Positions 28,049-39,250 of a stretch of DNA of 64,000 bases are shown piece by piece. Source of the DNA: an uncultured Methanosarcinales archaeon (lineage in GTDB: Archaea > Nanobdellota > Nanobdellia > Woesearchaeales > CAIVOO01); the NCBI GenBank assembly GCA_964485195.1, contig CAZAIK010000001.1, positions 62,001 through 126,000 of the forward strand. Direction: 5' to 3'. Both the position numbers and the translations under genes were made by a program. The notes under the pieces were generated by a model. It was not told the origin of the DNA and did not search any database. It saw nothing but the letters and a program-made list of their open reading frames with translations. Positions within the stretch are counted from its first letter, which is position 1; each line of letters starts with the position of its first letter.

Positions 28049-29009
28049 ACATTGTTGCATAACTTCCTTTGGGAAGCTCAAAACTGAAAATGACCTTTTT
28101 CTTTCCCTTGTTAAGCTCATCATTTTCAGGCTTTCCTGCCTTAAAACCCGAAGCTTCAGTTATAACTTCCCTTTCAGCTCCTTCGCTGGAGATTCCGGGA
28201 ATTTCCTTTACTATGAAATCCCTGGGTTTCACCCCCTCCTCTCCCATAATTCCTGTGCTTTCAGAAGAAAAGCCCGGCAATTCAACTTTTGAGAAAGGCG
28301 GTTTGTTGAGAGGAATGTTCAGTCTGCCAAAACTATAAGATACCTGTGTTTTTTCCTCATTTTCAAACAGGCGTGAAACGGTTACATTCCACAAATATGC
28401 CTGATAAGCGTGGATGTAAAGCATTAAAATCTTCTTGTCTATGGTCCGTAGCGCACCCACAAAATCCTTTTGTTGTTTTTCCAGGAAGTCTGCTAATTTG
28501 TTTTCATAGCCTTTTTGCTTGTTCTCAAGGATTAATTCAACAGCCTTTTCAAAATCCTTTTTTATAATCGCTTTTCCCACTTCAGCATTGTTGCTGGAAA
28601 ATCTCTGGTCATCAAAATAATTCACAAGCCATTCTCTTGTTTCAGGCAGCTTTTGAATATTCCTGACCGTGATCTCAAAATAATTCGCCTTGTTGCTGCC
28701 AAGGTTTATCCTCTCTTTTCCTCTCCCCAGAAATTTAAGTGTGATGCTGCCAAAATCAAAATCTTTTTCAGGTCCGCCTTTTACAGATATTGCTTGCTCT
28801 GTTACTGCTCTTTTATCCTTGGTGCCTGCAAAGTTTATATGTTTTCTTGGGATTTTCAGTTTTTTGGAAATCGCGTTAATTGCTTCCAGCGTAGAAAAAT
28901 CTTTCTTTTTGAGGGAATAATAAGAAAAACTGCCCTTTTCCGAAAATTCAAGGCCTATTATTTCCCTGACAAAAAAATCTTCAGGGATTGTCTTTACAGC
29001 ATAAACCAT
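28017..29009 (-). CDS. truD: tRNA pseudouridine-13 synthase
   Basis: PEDFFVRE, AGTKDKRAVTEQ, NYFDDQRF, LPKGSYAT. Confidence 0.95.
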   Translation of the reverse strand: MVYAVKTIPEDFFVREIIGLEFSEKGSFSYYSLKKKDFSTLEAINAISKKLKIPRKHINFAGTKDKRAVTEQAISVKGGPEKDFDFGSITLKFLGRGKERINLGSNKANYFEITVRNIQKLPETREWLVNYFDDQRFSSNNAEVGKAIIKKDFEKAVELILENKQKGYENKLADFLEKQQKDFVGALRTIDKKILMLYIHAYQAYLWNVTVSRLFENEEKTQVSYSFGRLNIPLNKPPFSKVELPGFSSESTGIMGEEGVKPRDFIVKEIPGISSEGAEREVITEASGFKAGKPENDELNKGKKKVIFSFELPKGSYATMFIKQLFSASP

Positions 29010-29062
29010 ATGGCCAGATGTATTTAGAAATGTTTATAAATATTCTCTGAAAGACTCAGAGT

Positions 29063-30583
29063 ATGGTCAAAGGCCAGATTTTGGGAGGATGCTTTGGGGA
29101 ACTGTTGATAAGGCAGAAAAGCGGGGAGCATATTGAAATAGGCGAACTGCTGGTTTCTGAGTCAGCAAGCTCAAGGACAATACTGCAGGTCTATGACCTA
29201 ATTTACGGAAGCCAGATTTCCCAGCAAAACCTTGAGCTTATCTCGGGAATGGCCCTGGAAGAAAACACAGATATGGAATTTATGAATCCAAAGGTCAGGA
29301 ACTATCTTCTGGTGAAGGCCAAAAACCTGATTAACATAAGGAACAATGAAGTTTTTGTGGCAAAGAAAATGCCGGATTTCCTTTCCAATGTGAGAGAGGT
29401 TGTCAAAAATGATGTTTCCTTTTTTTCTAACGTAGAAAAGCCCTTGCTCTTGGGAAAACTGAGGAGCGGCTCTCAGGTGGTGGATGTTCCCATAGAGGTC
29501 AGCGGGGAGAAAACCTTCCAGCACCATATACTCATTTCAGCAACCACGGGAAGGGGAAAGAGCAATCTTGTCAAGAATATATTGTGGGACCTGATGGACA
29601 AGGACTATGCAGGCATTTTGGTCCTGGACCCGCACGATGAGTATTACGGTAGGAACGACAAAGGGCTGAAAGACCACGGGAACAGGGAGAAGCTTGTTTA
29701 CTACTCCAGAAACGCCGTGCCTGGCTCAAGGACCCTGAAGATAAACATTAGGTCCATCAAGCCCATTCATTTTAAGGGCGTCCTGAACCTCACAGATGCA
29801 CAGCAGGAGGCAATGTATGCATTTTACAAGAAATACAGGGAGAGATGGATAGAGTCCGTAATCTCTGACGAGCTTGTTGAAAATTTCCAAGAAGGCACGA
29901 TTAATGTTTTGAAAAGGAAAATCCAAAGCATTCTGGGGATAAGAAAGACTGATTCAGGAATTAAAGGTTCGGGAGTTTTTGATGCCGGAGCAGGGGAGAC
30001 AACCATAAGGGACATCGTAAATGAGTTGGAAAAAACAAGAATAGTTGTTATAGACACTTCCAACATCCCGGGCAATTCAGAGCTTTTAATAGGCTCGCTT
30101 GTATCCCACGAGGTTCTGGCAAGGTACAGGCATCACAAGCTTACGGGGAGGCTTGAGCAAATGCCTGTCATTTCCGTAGTGCTGGAGGAAGCTCCCAGAG
30201 TGCTGGGGAGAAGTGTGCTGGAAAAGGGCTCCAATGTTTTTGAGACAATTGCAAGGGAAGGAAGAAAATTCAGGGTTGGCTTGACTGCCATAACCCAGCT
30301 TCCTTCATTAATCCCCAGGGAGATTCTCGCAAATATGAACACCAAAATCATTTTGGGGCTTGAGATGGCTCCTGAAAGGCAGGCAATAATTGAAAGCGCT
30401 TCGCAGGACTTGAGCAAAGATGACAGGGCAATTGCCTCATTGGACAGGGGGGAAGCCATAATTTCAAGCAATTTCCTGAAGTTTGCTGTGCCTGTGAAGA
30501 TTCCCTTGTTCAGCCCTTTACCATCTGCTTCCAAGCCTGTGAATTCTTATCAAAAAGAGTATTTGGGTATTGAATTAGTGTAA
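29063..30583 (+). CDS. herA: HerA-family ATPase/helicase
   Basis: [38 protein letters not shown]. Confidence 0.9.
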   Translation: MVKGQILGGCFGELLIRQKSGEHIEIGELLVSESASSRTILQVYDLIYGSQISQQNLELISGMALEENTDMEFMNPKVRNYLLVKAKNLINIRNNEVFVAKKMPDFLSNVREVVKNDVSFFSNVEKPLLLGKLRSGSQVVDVPIEVSGEKTFQHHILISATTGRGKSNLVKNILWDLMDKDYAGILVLDPHDEYYGRNDKGLKDHGNREKLVYYSRNAVPGSRTLKINIRSIKPIHFKGVLNLTDAQQEAMYAFYKKYRERWIESVISDELVENFQEGTINVLKRKIQSILGIRKTDSGIKGSGVFDAGAGETTIRDIVNELEKTRIVVIDTSNIPGNSELLIGSLVSHEVLARYRHHKLTGRLEQMPVISVVLEEAPRVLGRSVLEKGSNVFETIAREGRKFRVGLTAITQLPSLIPREILANMNTKIILGLEMAPERQAIIESASQDLSKDDRAIASLDRGEAIISSNFLKFAVPVKIPLFSPLPSASKPVNSYQKEYLGIELV

Positions 30584-30615
30584 AATTTATAAAGTTAGAA
30601 AGGTTTTTGGAGTAA

Positions 30616-31494
30616 ATGATTGATGAAGAGGTAAAAGCTAATTATAATACAGCTGTGAATTCCTTTGAGGAGCTAAAAGATGCTATTGTTGAGATAAGCA
30701 ATGCTGTAAAGCAATACAAGCAATCCAAGGGGGTTTCAGGGAAATTAAGGGCAAAGCAAAAGCTTGATGATTTAAATCCTCAGATTAGGGAGGCATCAAA
30801 TCTCGCAAGGTTTTTGAGAACAGAGGTAATTCCTAAACTGGACAGCGCAATCAAAAAAGCAGGAAAGGAGGAAGGCAAAGAGGATTTGGAAGCCTTGAAC
30901 ATACAAAAGGACAGGGTTAAAAGAATGGCTGCGTCTCTTCTCAGTGCTTTTGAGGTTAAAAAGCTTCAGGATGTCAACAAGAAAGCATTTGATTACGTGG
31001 GGGTGGATTTGGACAGGCTGCTAAGAGGCAGGACACTCCCTGAAGAGCTTCAGGGCCTTCTTGATAATGTGAAGGTCAGGGCGGAAAAGCTCTTGCAGAG
31101 CATTGCTTCCAAGGCCATAAGAGAGGAGAGGTTTGCTCCCAGGGTATTTGAGATTAAGAATTCTCTGGATGAATTGTCTTCCAGAAAACTGAGAAGGCTC
31201 AGCCCTCAAAATGCTGCAACCATTCTTAATTATGCAAGAAGCGAGATAAACACCCTGTCACAGAGTACTATGGGATATGTAAAAAACACTTCCAGGGACG
31301 AGTTAACTGAGGCAGGGGCAAGCCCTGAAGAAATAATCAAGCAAAGAAACTCCCTCGTGCTCTCCTGGAACAATTTTGTGGAAGCCATAAAAAATTATTA
31401 TCAGAATGCCATTCAGTATGAACTCACAGGCAAATGGAGAAAACAATTCTTGATTTACAGCAAGGAATTTGACAAGCTCCCTATTCACTCATAA
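30616..31494 (+). CDS. hypothetical helical/coiled-coil protein
   Basis: 292-aa ORF. Confidence 0.65.
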   Translation: MIDEEVKANYNTAVNSFEELKDAIVEISNAVKQYKQSKGVSGKLRAKQKLDDLNPQIREASNLARFLRTEVIPKLDSAIKKAGKEEGKEDLEALNIQKDRVKRMAASLLSAFEVKKLQDVNKKAFDYVGVDLDRLLRGRTLPEELQGLLDNVKVRAEKLLQSIASKAIREERFAPRVFEIKNSLDELSSRKLRRLSPQNAATILNYARSEINTLSQSTMGYVKNTSRDELTEAGASPEEIIKQRNSLVLSWNNFVEAIKNYYQNAIQYELTGKWRKQFLIYSKEFDKLPIHS

Positions 31495-32003
31495 TTGTGT
31501 ATCTTTAAACCCTCAAAATGACTTTCTATCTCCCCGTCTGGAAAATTCAGGAATTCTGAGATTATGCCTCCAAAAAAAGAGGGGTATGCTTCCATTAAAT
31601 ATGACGGGTCGGAATGCCTCTTGCTTACGTGTTCCCTTAGGTGGGGGTGCACACACAAATAATTCCTGATGGAATTCTGCCCTAATGCTATTGCGTGGCA
31701 AACCATATAATCAACCACTTCAGACATATCAATCATTTTTTTTGAGATCCTTGCTATGGGGGCTGTAATTAATTCTCCTCCAACAGGTTGCAAAAGAAAA
31801 TGCAGGTTAATGTTCAGTTCATCCACAGCCTCTGCGATATCTGTTTTAATGACTTTTTCTCTGAAATTCTCATAATCCTTCGGCCTGAGTTTTTTTGACG
31901 CTTCAGGCATTGGAAGAAATGGATGGGTTCTGTATGGGCGAGGCTCGCAAAGTTCTGTGTTGAATTGTTTAAGGTAGTCCGCGAGTGCCTCTACTGGTAC
32001 CAT
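31485..32003 (-). CDS. hypothetical protein
   Basis: 172-aa ORF. Confidence 0.55.
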   Translation of the reverse strand: MVPVEALADYLKQFNTELCEPRPYRTHPFLPMPEASKKLRPKDYENFREKVIKTDIAEAVDELNINLHFLLQPVGGELITAPIARISKKMIDMSEVVDYMVCHAIALGQNSIRNYLCVHPHLREHVSKRHSDPSYLMEAYPSFFGGIISEFLNFPDGEIESHFEGLKIHNYE

Positions 32004-32102
32004 TTTTGGGAGTAGTATTCTGTTATTTAAAAATTTTACTATTTTTACTACCTGTAAATGATTAAAGAAACCATTTTATAGTTTTATTATTCATTTAATA
32101 CA

Positions 32103-33311
32103 ATGAGATTTGCGCATATTGCAGACTGCCATATTGGCGGATGGAGAGAACCTGTCTTAAGAGAAGCTGGGACAAGGGCCTTTTCAACCGCTATGGACAT
32201 CTGCCTTGACAGGAATGTGGACTTTATATTGATATCAGGGGACTTGTTCAACACTTCCCTCCCTGCGATAGACAAGCTGAAGGAAGTCACAGCTGTTCTG
32301 AAAAAGCTAAGGGACAGCGGGGTTCCTGTGTATGTTATCGCAGGCAGCCACGACTTCTCGCCTTCAGGCAAGACAATGATAGATGTGCTTGAAAAGGCAG
32401 GGCTTGTTATAAATGTGGTTAAAGGAAGCGTTGGTGAAAATAATACACTGCACTTAAAGTTCACTGTGGATGAAAAAACAGGCGTCAAAATAACGGGAAT
32501 GCTCGGCAAGAAGGGTATGCTTGAAAGGAAATTTTATGAGCATCTTGAAAGGGAAGAGTTGGAGAAGGCGGATGGCTACAAGATTTTCATGTTCCACACA
32601 GCGCTTTCGGAATTCAAGCCGGAAAACCTTGAAAAAATGGATTCCTCTCCGATGTCAATACTTCCAAAGAAATTTGATTATTATGCAGGAGGCCATATTC
32701 ATTTCGTGTTCAAGGGGAAAGAGGAGGGGTATGGGAACATTGTTTTTCCGGGAGCATTGTTTCCAAATAATTTTCAAGAGCTTGAAAAATTCGGCTTCGG
32801 GGGATTTTTTATTGTGGACAAAGAGGGTATAGAAAGGGTTCCTGTAAAAATCCACGACGTCCACAGGATAAACATAGACTGCAAGGATATGACTCCTGAA
32901 CAAGTAAACAGCGAGTTAAGAAAGGAAGCGGAGGCCAAGGAAAGTTTTTCCAATACAATCATCACAATAAGATTGCGGGGAAGGCTGCTGCAGGGAAGGC
33001 CTTCTGATATTGATTTCAAAAGCGCGGTTTCAAAACTGTTTGGAAAGGGCGCTGCCGCTGTGATAAAGAACATCAGCAAACTGACTTCACAGCAGTTTGA
33101 AGCAATAAAAGTTTCAGGCTCAGCAGAGGGGGTTGAGGAGAGACTGCTGGAAGAGCACGCTTCACAGCTTGACACGGGGAAAGATGACTTGAAGGCAATT
33201 ATGCAGTCCCTTTTCTTGGAAAAAAACGACGGAGAGAAAACAGCGGATTTTGAGGAAAGGGTATTTGAGAATGTTTCTGACCTGCTACTCTCCAATAAGA
33301 AAAGCTTATAA
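32103..33311 (+). CDS. mre11: Mre11/SbcD-family nuclease
   Basis: ADCHIG, SGDLF, GSHD, MFHT, GGHIH. Confidence 0.92.
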   Translation: MRFAHIADCHIGGWREPVLREAGTRAFSTAMDICLDRNVDFILISGDLFNTSLPAIDKLKEVTAVLKKLRDSGVPVYVIAGSHDFSPSGKTMIDVLEKAGLVINVVKGSVGENNTLHLKFTVDEKTGVKITGMLGKKGMLERKFYEHLEREELEKADGYKIFMFHTALSEFKPENLEKMDSSPMSILPKKFDYYAGGHIHFVFKGKEEGYGNIVFPGALFPNNFQELEKFGFGGFFIVDKEGIERVPVKIHDVHRINIDCKDMTPEQVNSELRKEAEAKESFSNTIITIRLRGRLLQGRPSDIDFKSAVSKLFGKGAAAVIKNISKLTSQQFEAIKVSGSAEGVEERLLEEHASQLDTGKDDLKAIMQSLFLEKNDGEKTADFEERVFENVSDLLLSNKKSL

Positions 33312-33344
33312 ATTTTTGCAGACTAAATAAAAACAAGGTGGCAA

Positions 33345-34253
33345 ATGGTAGAATTAAAGTTTAATGTCAAAAAGCAGAATATCCAGGCATTTCAGGACCA
33401 CTACTCCCAGCTGGAATGCGAAGGGCTTGCCATAGGCAAAAAAGGCAAGATAATTGGAGGTATGTTCTCAGGAATAAAAAAACTGGTTTCCTCAAAGGAC
33501 AGCATAAAAATGACTAACTTCGAGAAGAGGTATGAGCCCTTTTGGCATATTAAGGGGAATGCGGAGCTTGAGTATAAAAGGAAAACAGAATATGGGTTTG
33601 AGGTCAAGCCTGAAGTAAAAAAAGTAAAGATTCACAGTGTTGTGCACGAGGTGAAGGAAGGCACCAACTGGTGCTCGCTTGAAGGGGAAGATTACTGCGC
33701 CGAAAGGCACGAGAAAGAGATAATGGTGGATGCCAGCACAGGGGAGAGTGTTGATTATCATAAATACCTGGAATACAAGACAAGACCTCTCAAGGAAACA
33801 GAAGAATTGATGAAAGGCAAGAATGTAGTTATTCCTGCAAAAGTGAAGGCATCTTATCTTGCAAGGCAGCTCATTAAGGAATTGATAAAACCCGTTGCAG
33901 CTGACAAAATACTGCAGGAGAGGGTAACCCTTACCAAAATGGCTCTTTTTTTCAGGCCTGTTTACGCCTTTGAATTCATAGACCAGAAATCAGGCAAAAG
34001 AGCAGTGCTTGATGTGGACGCCCTGACAGGGGAGGTCAAAAAGGGCTCAATAGTAGGCAAGGGCATTGCTGAGATATTCTCAGAGGGCGACTTGTTTGAA
34101 ATAGGCACAGAGCTTGTCACAGACTTCCTGCCGGGCACAAAAGCCTCTGTAATGCTTTACAAGAAGGTAAGGGACGTAAGGAGGAAGAAAAAGGCTGAGA
34201 GGGAAGCCAACAAGCGCAAGGCTTCTGGCAAGGGCAAGAGCAAAAATAAATAA
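33345..34253 (+). CDS. hypothetical protein
   Basis: YEPFW and VDALTGE motifs; basic C-tail; AGGTG SD. Confidence 0.7.
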   Translation: MVELKFNVKKQNIQAFQDHYSQLECEGLAIGKKGKIIGGMFSGIKKLVSSKDSIKMTNFEKRYEPFWHIKGNAELEYKRKTEYGFEVKPEVKKVKIHSVVHEVKEGTNWCSLEGEDYCAERHEKEIMVDASTGESVDYHKYLEYKTRPLKETEELMKGKNVVIPAKVKASYLARQLIKELIKPVAADKILQERVTLTKMALFFRPVYAFEFIDQKSGKRAVLDVDALTGEVKKGSIVGKGIAEIFSEGDLFEIGTELVTDFLPGTKASVMLYKKVRDVRRKKKAEREANKRKASGKGKSKNK

Positions 34254-34343
34254 TTATTTCTATATGGTAAATAACTTATGTTGTCACTAATAAGTGAATA
34301 AAAATAGAAAGATTTATATAGTAGTTTTATTCTAAAAAAGCAC

Positions 34344-36266
34344 ATGGAAAATGACAAAATAAAGGGAAATGGAATAGATTACGGCTTTAATGACGATAAG
34401 TCAAAATATACAGTAGGAGGTGGTGTTTTCCCTGTTTCAAAGGAGAGCGGCTCAGAAAAGAGATACATCCCAGTTGAGGCCCTGGAAAAAACACTTGAAT
34501 TTCTCGCGCCTGAAATTGACTTTTCCAAACTGACAGACCAGGACACGATAGGTATCTATGGCCAGGAGTTTAACACAGTCACAGACCCGGAAACCGGAGA
34601 GGTCTATGTGCCCCTCGATGCATTGGGAACTGTTCAGGACGAGCTGACCAAGCTCCAGAGTTCCAGGATGGTAAGAGGATGCGATGAGGGGGATTTGGTT
34701 TATGTTAACACAGGCTCGGAGTTTGTCCTGGGAAAAGTAAAGGAAAACCTCCCCAAAAGCGTGACCCTTGACGGCGCATTGATAGTTAATCATATGGATT
34801 ACCAAAGGTCAAAGGAAGATTTTGAGAAGGAATGGTTCCCTTCTGTTAAGAAGAATCTGGAAGAGGAAGTTGAAGGCACAAATAGCGACAAGGAGGAGTA
34901 CAAGCAGAAAGTTAGGCCCCCTACAACTCCTGTATCCTTGCTATTATTCCGTTACCTGACAGACCAGGACATTACCCGTTCTGCAGAAGTTGACGCTGTA
35001 AGGGGAGCTACTAAAAGATTCTTTTCAAACTTGTATCCTGAGGAGGATGATTACAAAAAGGCTATCAATACCTTTCACAAAGAGGTCACTAAAGCAGTAG
35101 CTGCAAGGGATATTTTAGATGGATACCAAATCCACAATGTTGAGAGTGTTGTAAACCTTTCAAATCCTCCCAAAATTGAGGAAGGGGAAATTTATCAGAC
35201 CATAGAATCATTATGGTATTTGTGGAACCGCAACCAGAATAAGAGAGACATAGAAATACAGACTGAAAGATATAATGAAACTAGTTTGGATTCCATCGCT
35301 GACAACGGAACTAACGGACATTCAGACATTGCCCGTGACTTGTCCACTGTTGATGTTGAACCAGATGAGGAATTTAAGCAGGCGATAACCCAAAAACCCC
35401 TTAATGAGGAAGAGGGAGAAGGGGAGTCAGAGATACTTGAAGAATTAGAAGAATTAGAACCTATAATGACCTTCAAAGGTTGGGAGCCAAACTCCTGGAT
35501 GAGCAAGGATGAAAACTACAGGCACATACACGAAAGGGTAACAAAGCTTCTTAAGGAAGAAGTGAGTGGACTTCCAAAGTTCAGCGTGCTTTACAGGCCC
35601 AAGGAAGGAGTTACCAGTGAAACTGCAAGAAAAGACAAGGATTCCGCATTCTCCCTTGCTAAATTGCTGTATGCACTTGTGCAGCAGGGGGATGAGGGAA
35701 TGAACACATTCAGATATGTCTCTGCTTCAGGAAAAAAGGAGTTCATCCCCACAGACAACCTTGCAGACGCAATGGCGATAATGGGAGCTTACCTTAGGCT
35801 GCCCAAGTATTCAACCCAGCACGCTCCACAGGATCCTGTGAGTGACAAGATATATGGTGATGATTCGTCCACCCTGTCCACCTTATTTGCTGACCATTTG
35901 AACAATAAGGGAGACAAGATAAAAGTGAACTGGAGCCATTCCAAAGACGGGTTTGAGTCCTTAAAAGAAGGCAGCAAATTCACTGACACAGGAGAGGCAA
36001 TGTTCAGGCTGGCAAAGATGTTTGACACTGAAAGAGAGTCCCATCAGGAAGTGGGAGAGCAGGGAGAGGTAGCATTCCTGTATGATTCAAGAGTGAGAGA
36101 GAGCCAGGACCCGGAGAAAGAATTGCTGAAGATGGCTGAAGAGTCAAGAGGCAATGTTAAAACCCTGATAAGAATTGACAGGATAGCAAGACTAGTGCTT
36201 GAGAATCCAGAGGGCTTCCGTAAAAAACTGGAAGAAAAAAAGCTGATTAAGAGAAAACAGGATTAA
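34344..36266 (+). CDS. large acidic hypothetical protein
   Basis: 640-aa ORF. Confidence 0.7.
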   Translation: MENDKIKGNGIDYGFNDDKSKYTVGGGVFPVSKESGSEKRYIPVEALEKTLEFLAPEIDFSKLTDQDTIGIYGQEFNTVTDPETGEVYVPLDALGTVQDELTKLQSSRMVRGCDEGDLVYVNTGSEFVLGKVKENLPKSVTLDGALIVNHMDYQRSKEDFEKEWFPSVKKNLEEEVEGTNSDKEEYKQKVRPPTTPVSLLLFRYLTDQDITRSAEVDAVRGATKRFFSNLYPEEDDYKKAINTFHKEVTKAVAARDILDGYQIHNVESVVNLSNPPKIEEGEIYQTIESLWYLWNRNQNKRDIEIQTERYNETSLDSIADNGTNGHSDIARDLSTVDVEPDEEFKQAITQKPLNEEEGEGESEILEELEELEPIMTFKGWEPNSWMSKDENYRHIHERVTKLLKEEVSGLPKFSVLYRPKEGVTSETARKDKDSAFSLAKLLYALVQQGDEGMNTFRYVSASGKKEFIPTDNLADAMAIMGAYLRLPKYSTQHAPQDPVSDKIYGDDSSTLSTLFADHLNNKGDKIKVNWSHSKDGFESLKEGSKFTDTGEAMFRLAKMFDTERESHQEVGEQGEVAFLYDSRVRESQDPEKELLKMAEESRGNVKTLIRIDRIARLVLENPEGFRKKLEEKKLIKRKQD

Positions 36267-37678
36267 ACAAGTTCCTTTATCATCTTTTTGACTTCATCAG
36301 GGCTTGCTTTTCCTTTTGATTTTTTCATAACCTGCCCCACTAAGAAGTTAAGCGCCTTTTCCTCGCCTTTCCTGAAATCCTCAACTGCCTTTTGGTTTTC
36401 CTTTATTGTCGCTTCGCAGAATTTTTTTATTTCCTTGGAATCAGAAACCGCTGCAAGGCCTTCCTTTTCCACCTGTTTTCTTGGAGAAGATTTCAGCCTG
36501 CCATCTGCCAGCTGGTTCAACAAGTCCCTTGCAACCTGGGAGGTTATTTTTTTTGTCCCCAACAGTTCAAGCATCTCAACAAAGTAGTTCTCAAAATTCT
36601 TTTCTAAAAGCAAGTCCTCAACTTCCTTCCTGTTATAGTTTGCAACTCTTGGAAGCTCTCTCCTTATCCAGTCTGCTGTCAGGCAAGGGTTTATTTTTTC
36701 CTTTACCAGCCTGTCAAACATCTCTGACAAAGCAAAATCAGAAGAGAGTACCTTTGCATCTGTCTTGTTTATCCTTAATTTTTGGACATATCTTTTCAGC
36801 TTCTGGTTCGGAAGTTCCGGCATTTCTTCTTTTGCCTGGCTTGTCATCTCCTCTGTTATGTCAACCCTTACCAGGTCAGGGTCAAAAATGTAGCCGTAAT
36901 CCTCCTCTGTTTCCTTTGCCCTCAAAGTCTTGGTTATTCCAAGATGAGCGTCCCACCCTCTTGTTTCTTGGACAAGTTTATTGCCTTCAAGAACTTCATT
37001 TTTCTGCCTTTCAATCTCGTGAAGAAGGGCTCTTTCCATCTCCTTAAAACCTGTTATGTTCTTGATTTCTGTCCTGACATATCCTGACTCCTTTATGGAA
37101 ACATTAGCGTCTGCCTTTATAATCCTGGTTTTTATGTTGAAAATCCTGAGAGACTGCAGAATTGTAATCAGCTGCTTCATAAAATCCCTTGCCTCTTCTG
37201 CACTGAAAAGCTCGGGTTTTGTTACAATCTCGCACAGGGGCCTGCCTGAACGATTGTAATCAACCAGCACAAAAGAAGAATTTTCCTGATAAGTTAATGA
37301 AGCCGGGTCCTCTTCCATATGAACGCGGGTTATCCCCACCTTGTTTCCGTCGGCAAGCTCTATGAAGCCTTCCGAGCCGATGGGAATTTCGTATTGTGTA
37401 ATCTGATAATTCTTTGACATGTCAGGGTAAAAGTAGGTTTTTCTTGAGAAAACAAGCTCAGGCGCTATCTTGCAGTTCAAAGCCAGGGCCAGCTTCAGGG
37501 CGTATTGTATTGCCTTTTCGTTAACAACAGGCTTGGAGCCCGGCATTCCCAGGCAAACATCGCAGGTGGCGGTGTTGGGCTTTTCCGCCTTTGTGGGGCA
37601 TCCGCAGAACAGTTTCGAGTCTGTATCCAGCTCCACGTGAATTTCCAGCCCTATTATAACGTCCTTGCTGAATTTCAT
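36263..37678 (-). CDS. gatB: Asp/Glu-tRNA amidotransferase subunit B
   Basis: IGLEIHVEL, RKTYFYPDMSKNYQITQ, VDYNRSG. Confidence 0.97.
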   Translation of the reverse strand: MKFSKDVIIGLEIHVELDTDSKLFCGCPTKAEKPNTATCDVCLGMPGSKPVVNEKAIQYALKLALALNCKIAPELVFSRKTYFYPDMSKNYQITQYEIPIGSEGFIELADGNKVGITRVHMEEDPASLTYQENSSFVLVDYNRSGRPLCEIVTKPELFSAEEARDFMKQLITILQSLRIFNIKTRIIKADANVSIKESGYVRTEIKNITGFKEMERALLHEIERQKNEVLEGNKLVQETRGWDAHLGITKTLRAKETEEDYGYIFDPDLVRVDITEEMTSQAKEEMPELPNQKLKRYVQKLRINKTDAKVLSSDFALSEMFDRLVKEKINPCLTADWIRRELPRVANYNRKEVEDLLLEKNFENYFVEMLELLGTKKITSQVARDLLNQLADGRLKSSPRKQVEKEGLAAVSDSKEIKKFCEATIKENQKAVEDFRKGEEKALNFLVGQVMKKSKGKASPDEVKKMIKELV

Positions 37679-38172
37679 AAGCTCCTCTCAAAAGCGACCA
37701 TGTCCAGTATGTCCCTTGCCAGGCTTTTGTCCTGGTATTCTTCCTTGAGCTGCAACGCAGTCTGATACGCCCTATAATAATCCCCGAACTCGCTTGCGTA
37801 AACTTCTGCCACCAGGCTCAATATATCCTCAGTCGGGTATATTTTTACTGCCTTGTCAAGAAGACATTCAAGCCTTTCAAATGGAACTATGCCACTAAGC
37901 GATAAACGATTGCCTACCAATATTGCAACTTCTGTAACTGCCTCATCCTTCAATGGATCCCTGACTTTTTTCAAGAAATGGTTGCATCTATCATAATTAT
38001 CAGCAAACATAAATGCGCTCACAAGATTGTATACAGTATTATCCGGATTCATAAAACCAAGGCATCTTAAATCTTCATCCTCAGGCCCCACCCAGACATC
38101 AAGGAATTTTTCGGTTACCCTGTTCTCAAAGTATTCCTCGTTTCTCCATAAAAGCGAAAAGTCAATACCCAT
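37675..38172 (-). CDS. hypothetical protein
   Basis: ORF coupled to gatB. Confidence 0.55.
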   Translation of the reverse strand: MGIDFSLLWRNEEYFENRVTEKFLDVWVGPEDEDLRCLGFMNPDNTVYNLVSAFMFADNYDRCNHFLKKVRDPLKDEAVTEVAILVGNRLSLSGIVPFERLECLLDKAVKIYPTEDILSLVAEVYASEFGDYYRAYQTALQLKEEYQDKSLARDILDMVAFERSL

Positions 38173-38174
38173 TC

Positions 38175-38945
38175 TCAGCCACCAGCAAACCCCAGCTCTT
38201 TTATTTTCTTGGCAATATCCTTTGCCCGCATCAGCACCGTCCCTACCAGTACAGCATTAACCTTCCCTGCTAATGATTGTATGTCCTTTCTTGATTTTAT
38301 TCCGCTTTCACTTACAACAAACTTTCCTTTCGGAATTTCCTTTACCAAATCAAAAGTTATTTTTGCGTCAACGTTCAGGCTTTTTAAATCCCGGTTATTT
38401 ATTCCTATAATCTTTGCTCCGGCATCAACTGCCTTTTTAAGCTCAGTTTTTGTATGCACCTCAACCAAGCAATCCATGCTATATTTTTCTGCAATTTTAA
38501 TAAATTTCTTAAGCTTATTTTTTGTTAAAATTGAAGCAATCAGGAGTATCGCGTCTGCCCCGTAATATCTTGACTCATATATTTGGTAATCGTCCATCAC
38601 AAAATCCTTTCGTAATACGGGTTTTAAAGTTATGCTCCTTACTAAAGGGAGGTCTTTAATGTTTCCCTTAAAATACTTTTTTTCGGTAAGAACAGATATT
38701 GCTGCAACCTTATTTTTCTCGTATATTCTTGCGATTTTCTCAACATCAAAGTCTTTTCTTATCACCCCTTCTGAAGGAGATGCCTTTTTTATCTCTGCAA
38801 TCAGGCCAACTCTATTTTTTGTAATTGCCTTTTTAAAATCCCTGTCGCTTTTTTTGAGCTTGTCCTTAAATAGCCTTAATGGGAGTTTTCTTTTCCTTTT
38901 TCTTATTTCTTCCTTTTTATGTTTTATTATCTCCTCGATTATCAT
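38175..38945 (-). CDS. trpC: indole-3-glycerol-phosphate synthase
   Basis: IAEIKKASPS, SVLTE, LRKDF, GINNRDL, SESGI. Confidence 0.95.
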   Translation of the reverse strand: MIIEEIIKHKKEEIRKRKRKLPLRLFKDKLKKSDRDFKKAITKNRVGLIAEIKKASPSEGVIRKDFDVEKIARIYEKNKVAAISVLTEKKYFKGNIKDLPLVRSITLKPVLRKDFVMDDYQIYESRYYGADAILLIASILTKNKLKKFIKIAEKYSMDCLVEVHTKTELKKAVDAGAKIIGINNRDLKSLNVDAKITFDLVKEIPKGKFVVSESGIKSRKDIQSLAGKVNAVLVGTVLMRAKDIAKKIKELGFAGG

Positions 38946-39250
38946 TAGCTCTCCAGAGTCAGAACCCCAACTGCTTTTTGGGAATGCAATGGTATAAAAT
39001 CTTTAGGATAGCCAGCCACTATCCTATAACCGTGCTTTTTAAGGAACATTTCTATCTTTTTGCTTTTGCCACTCTTGATTTCCTCATCAAATTCCTTTTT
39101 TTCAAAGCCAGCCAAGCCTCTAATCCCCTGCTTCAGGTATATTTCCTTAGCCTCTTTTGGAGTTAAATTTTCATAGATAATAGCGACATACTCCGGATTC
39201 AAACCTTGCTTTACCATATTCTCATTTATTCGCTTAAAGTCAACTTTCAT
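38945..39250 (-). CDS. hypothetical protein
   Basis: ORF coupled to gatA and trpC. Confidence 0.55.
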   Translation of the reverse strand: MKVDFKRINENMVKQGLNPEYVAIIYENLTPKEAKEIYLKQGIRGLAGFEKKEFDEEIKSGKSKKIEMFLKKHGYRIVAGYPKDFIPLHSQKAVGVLTLES

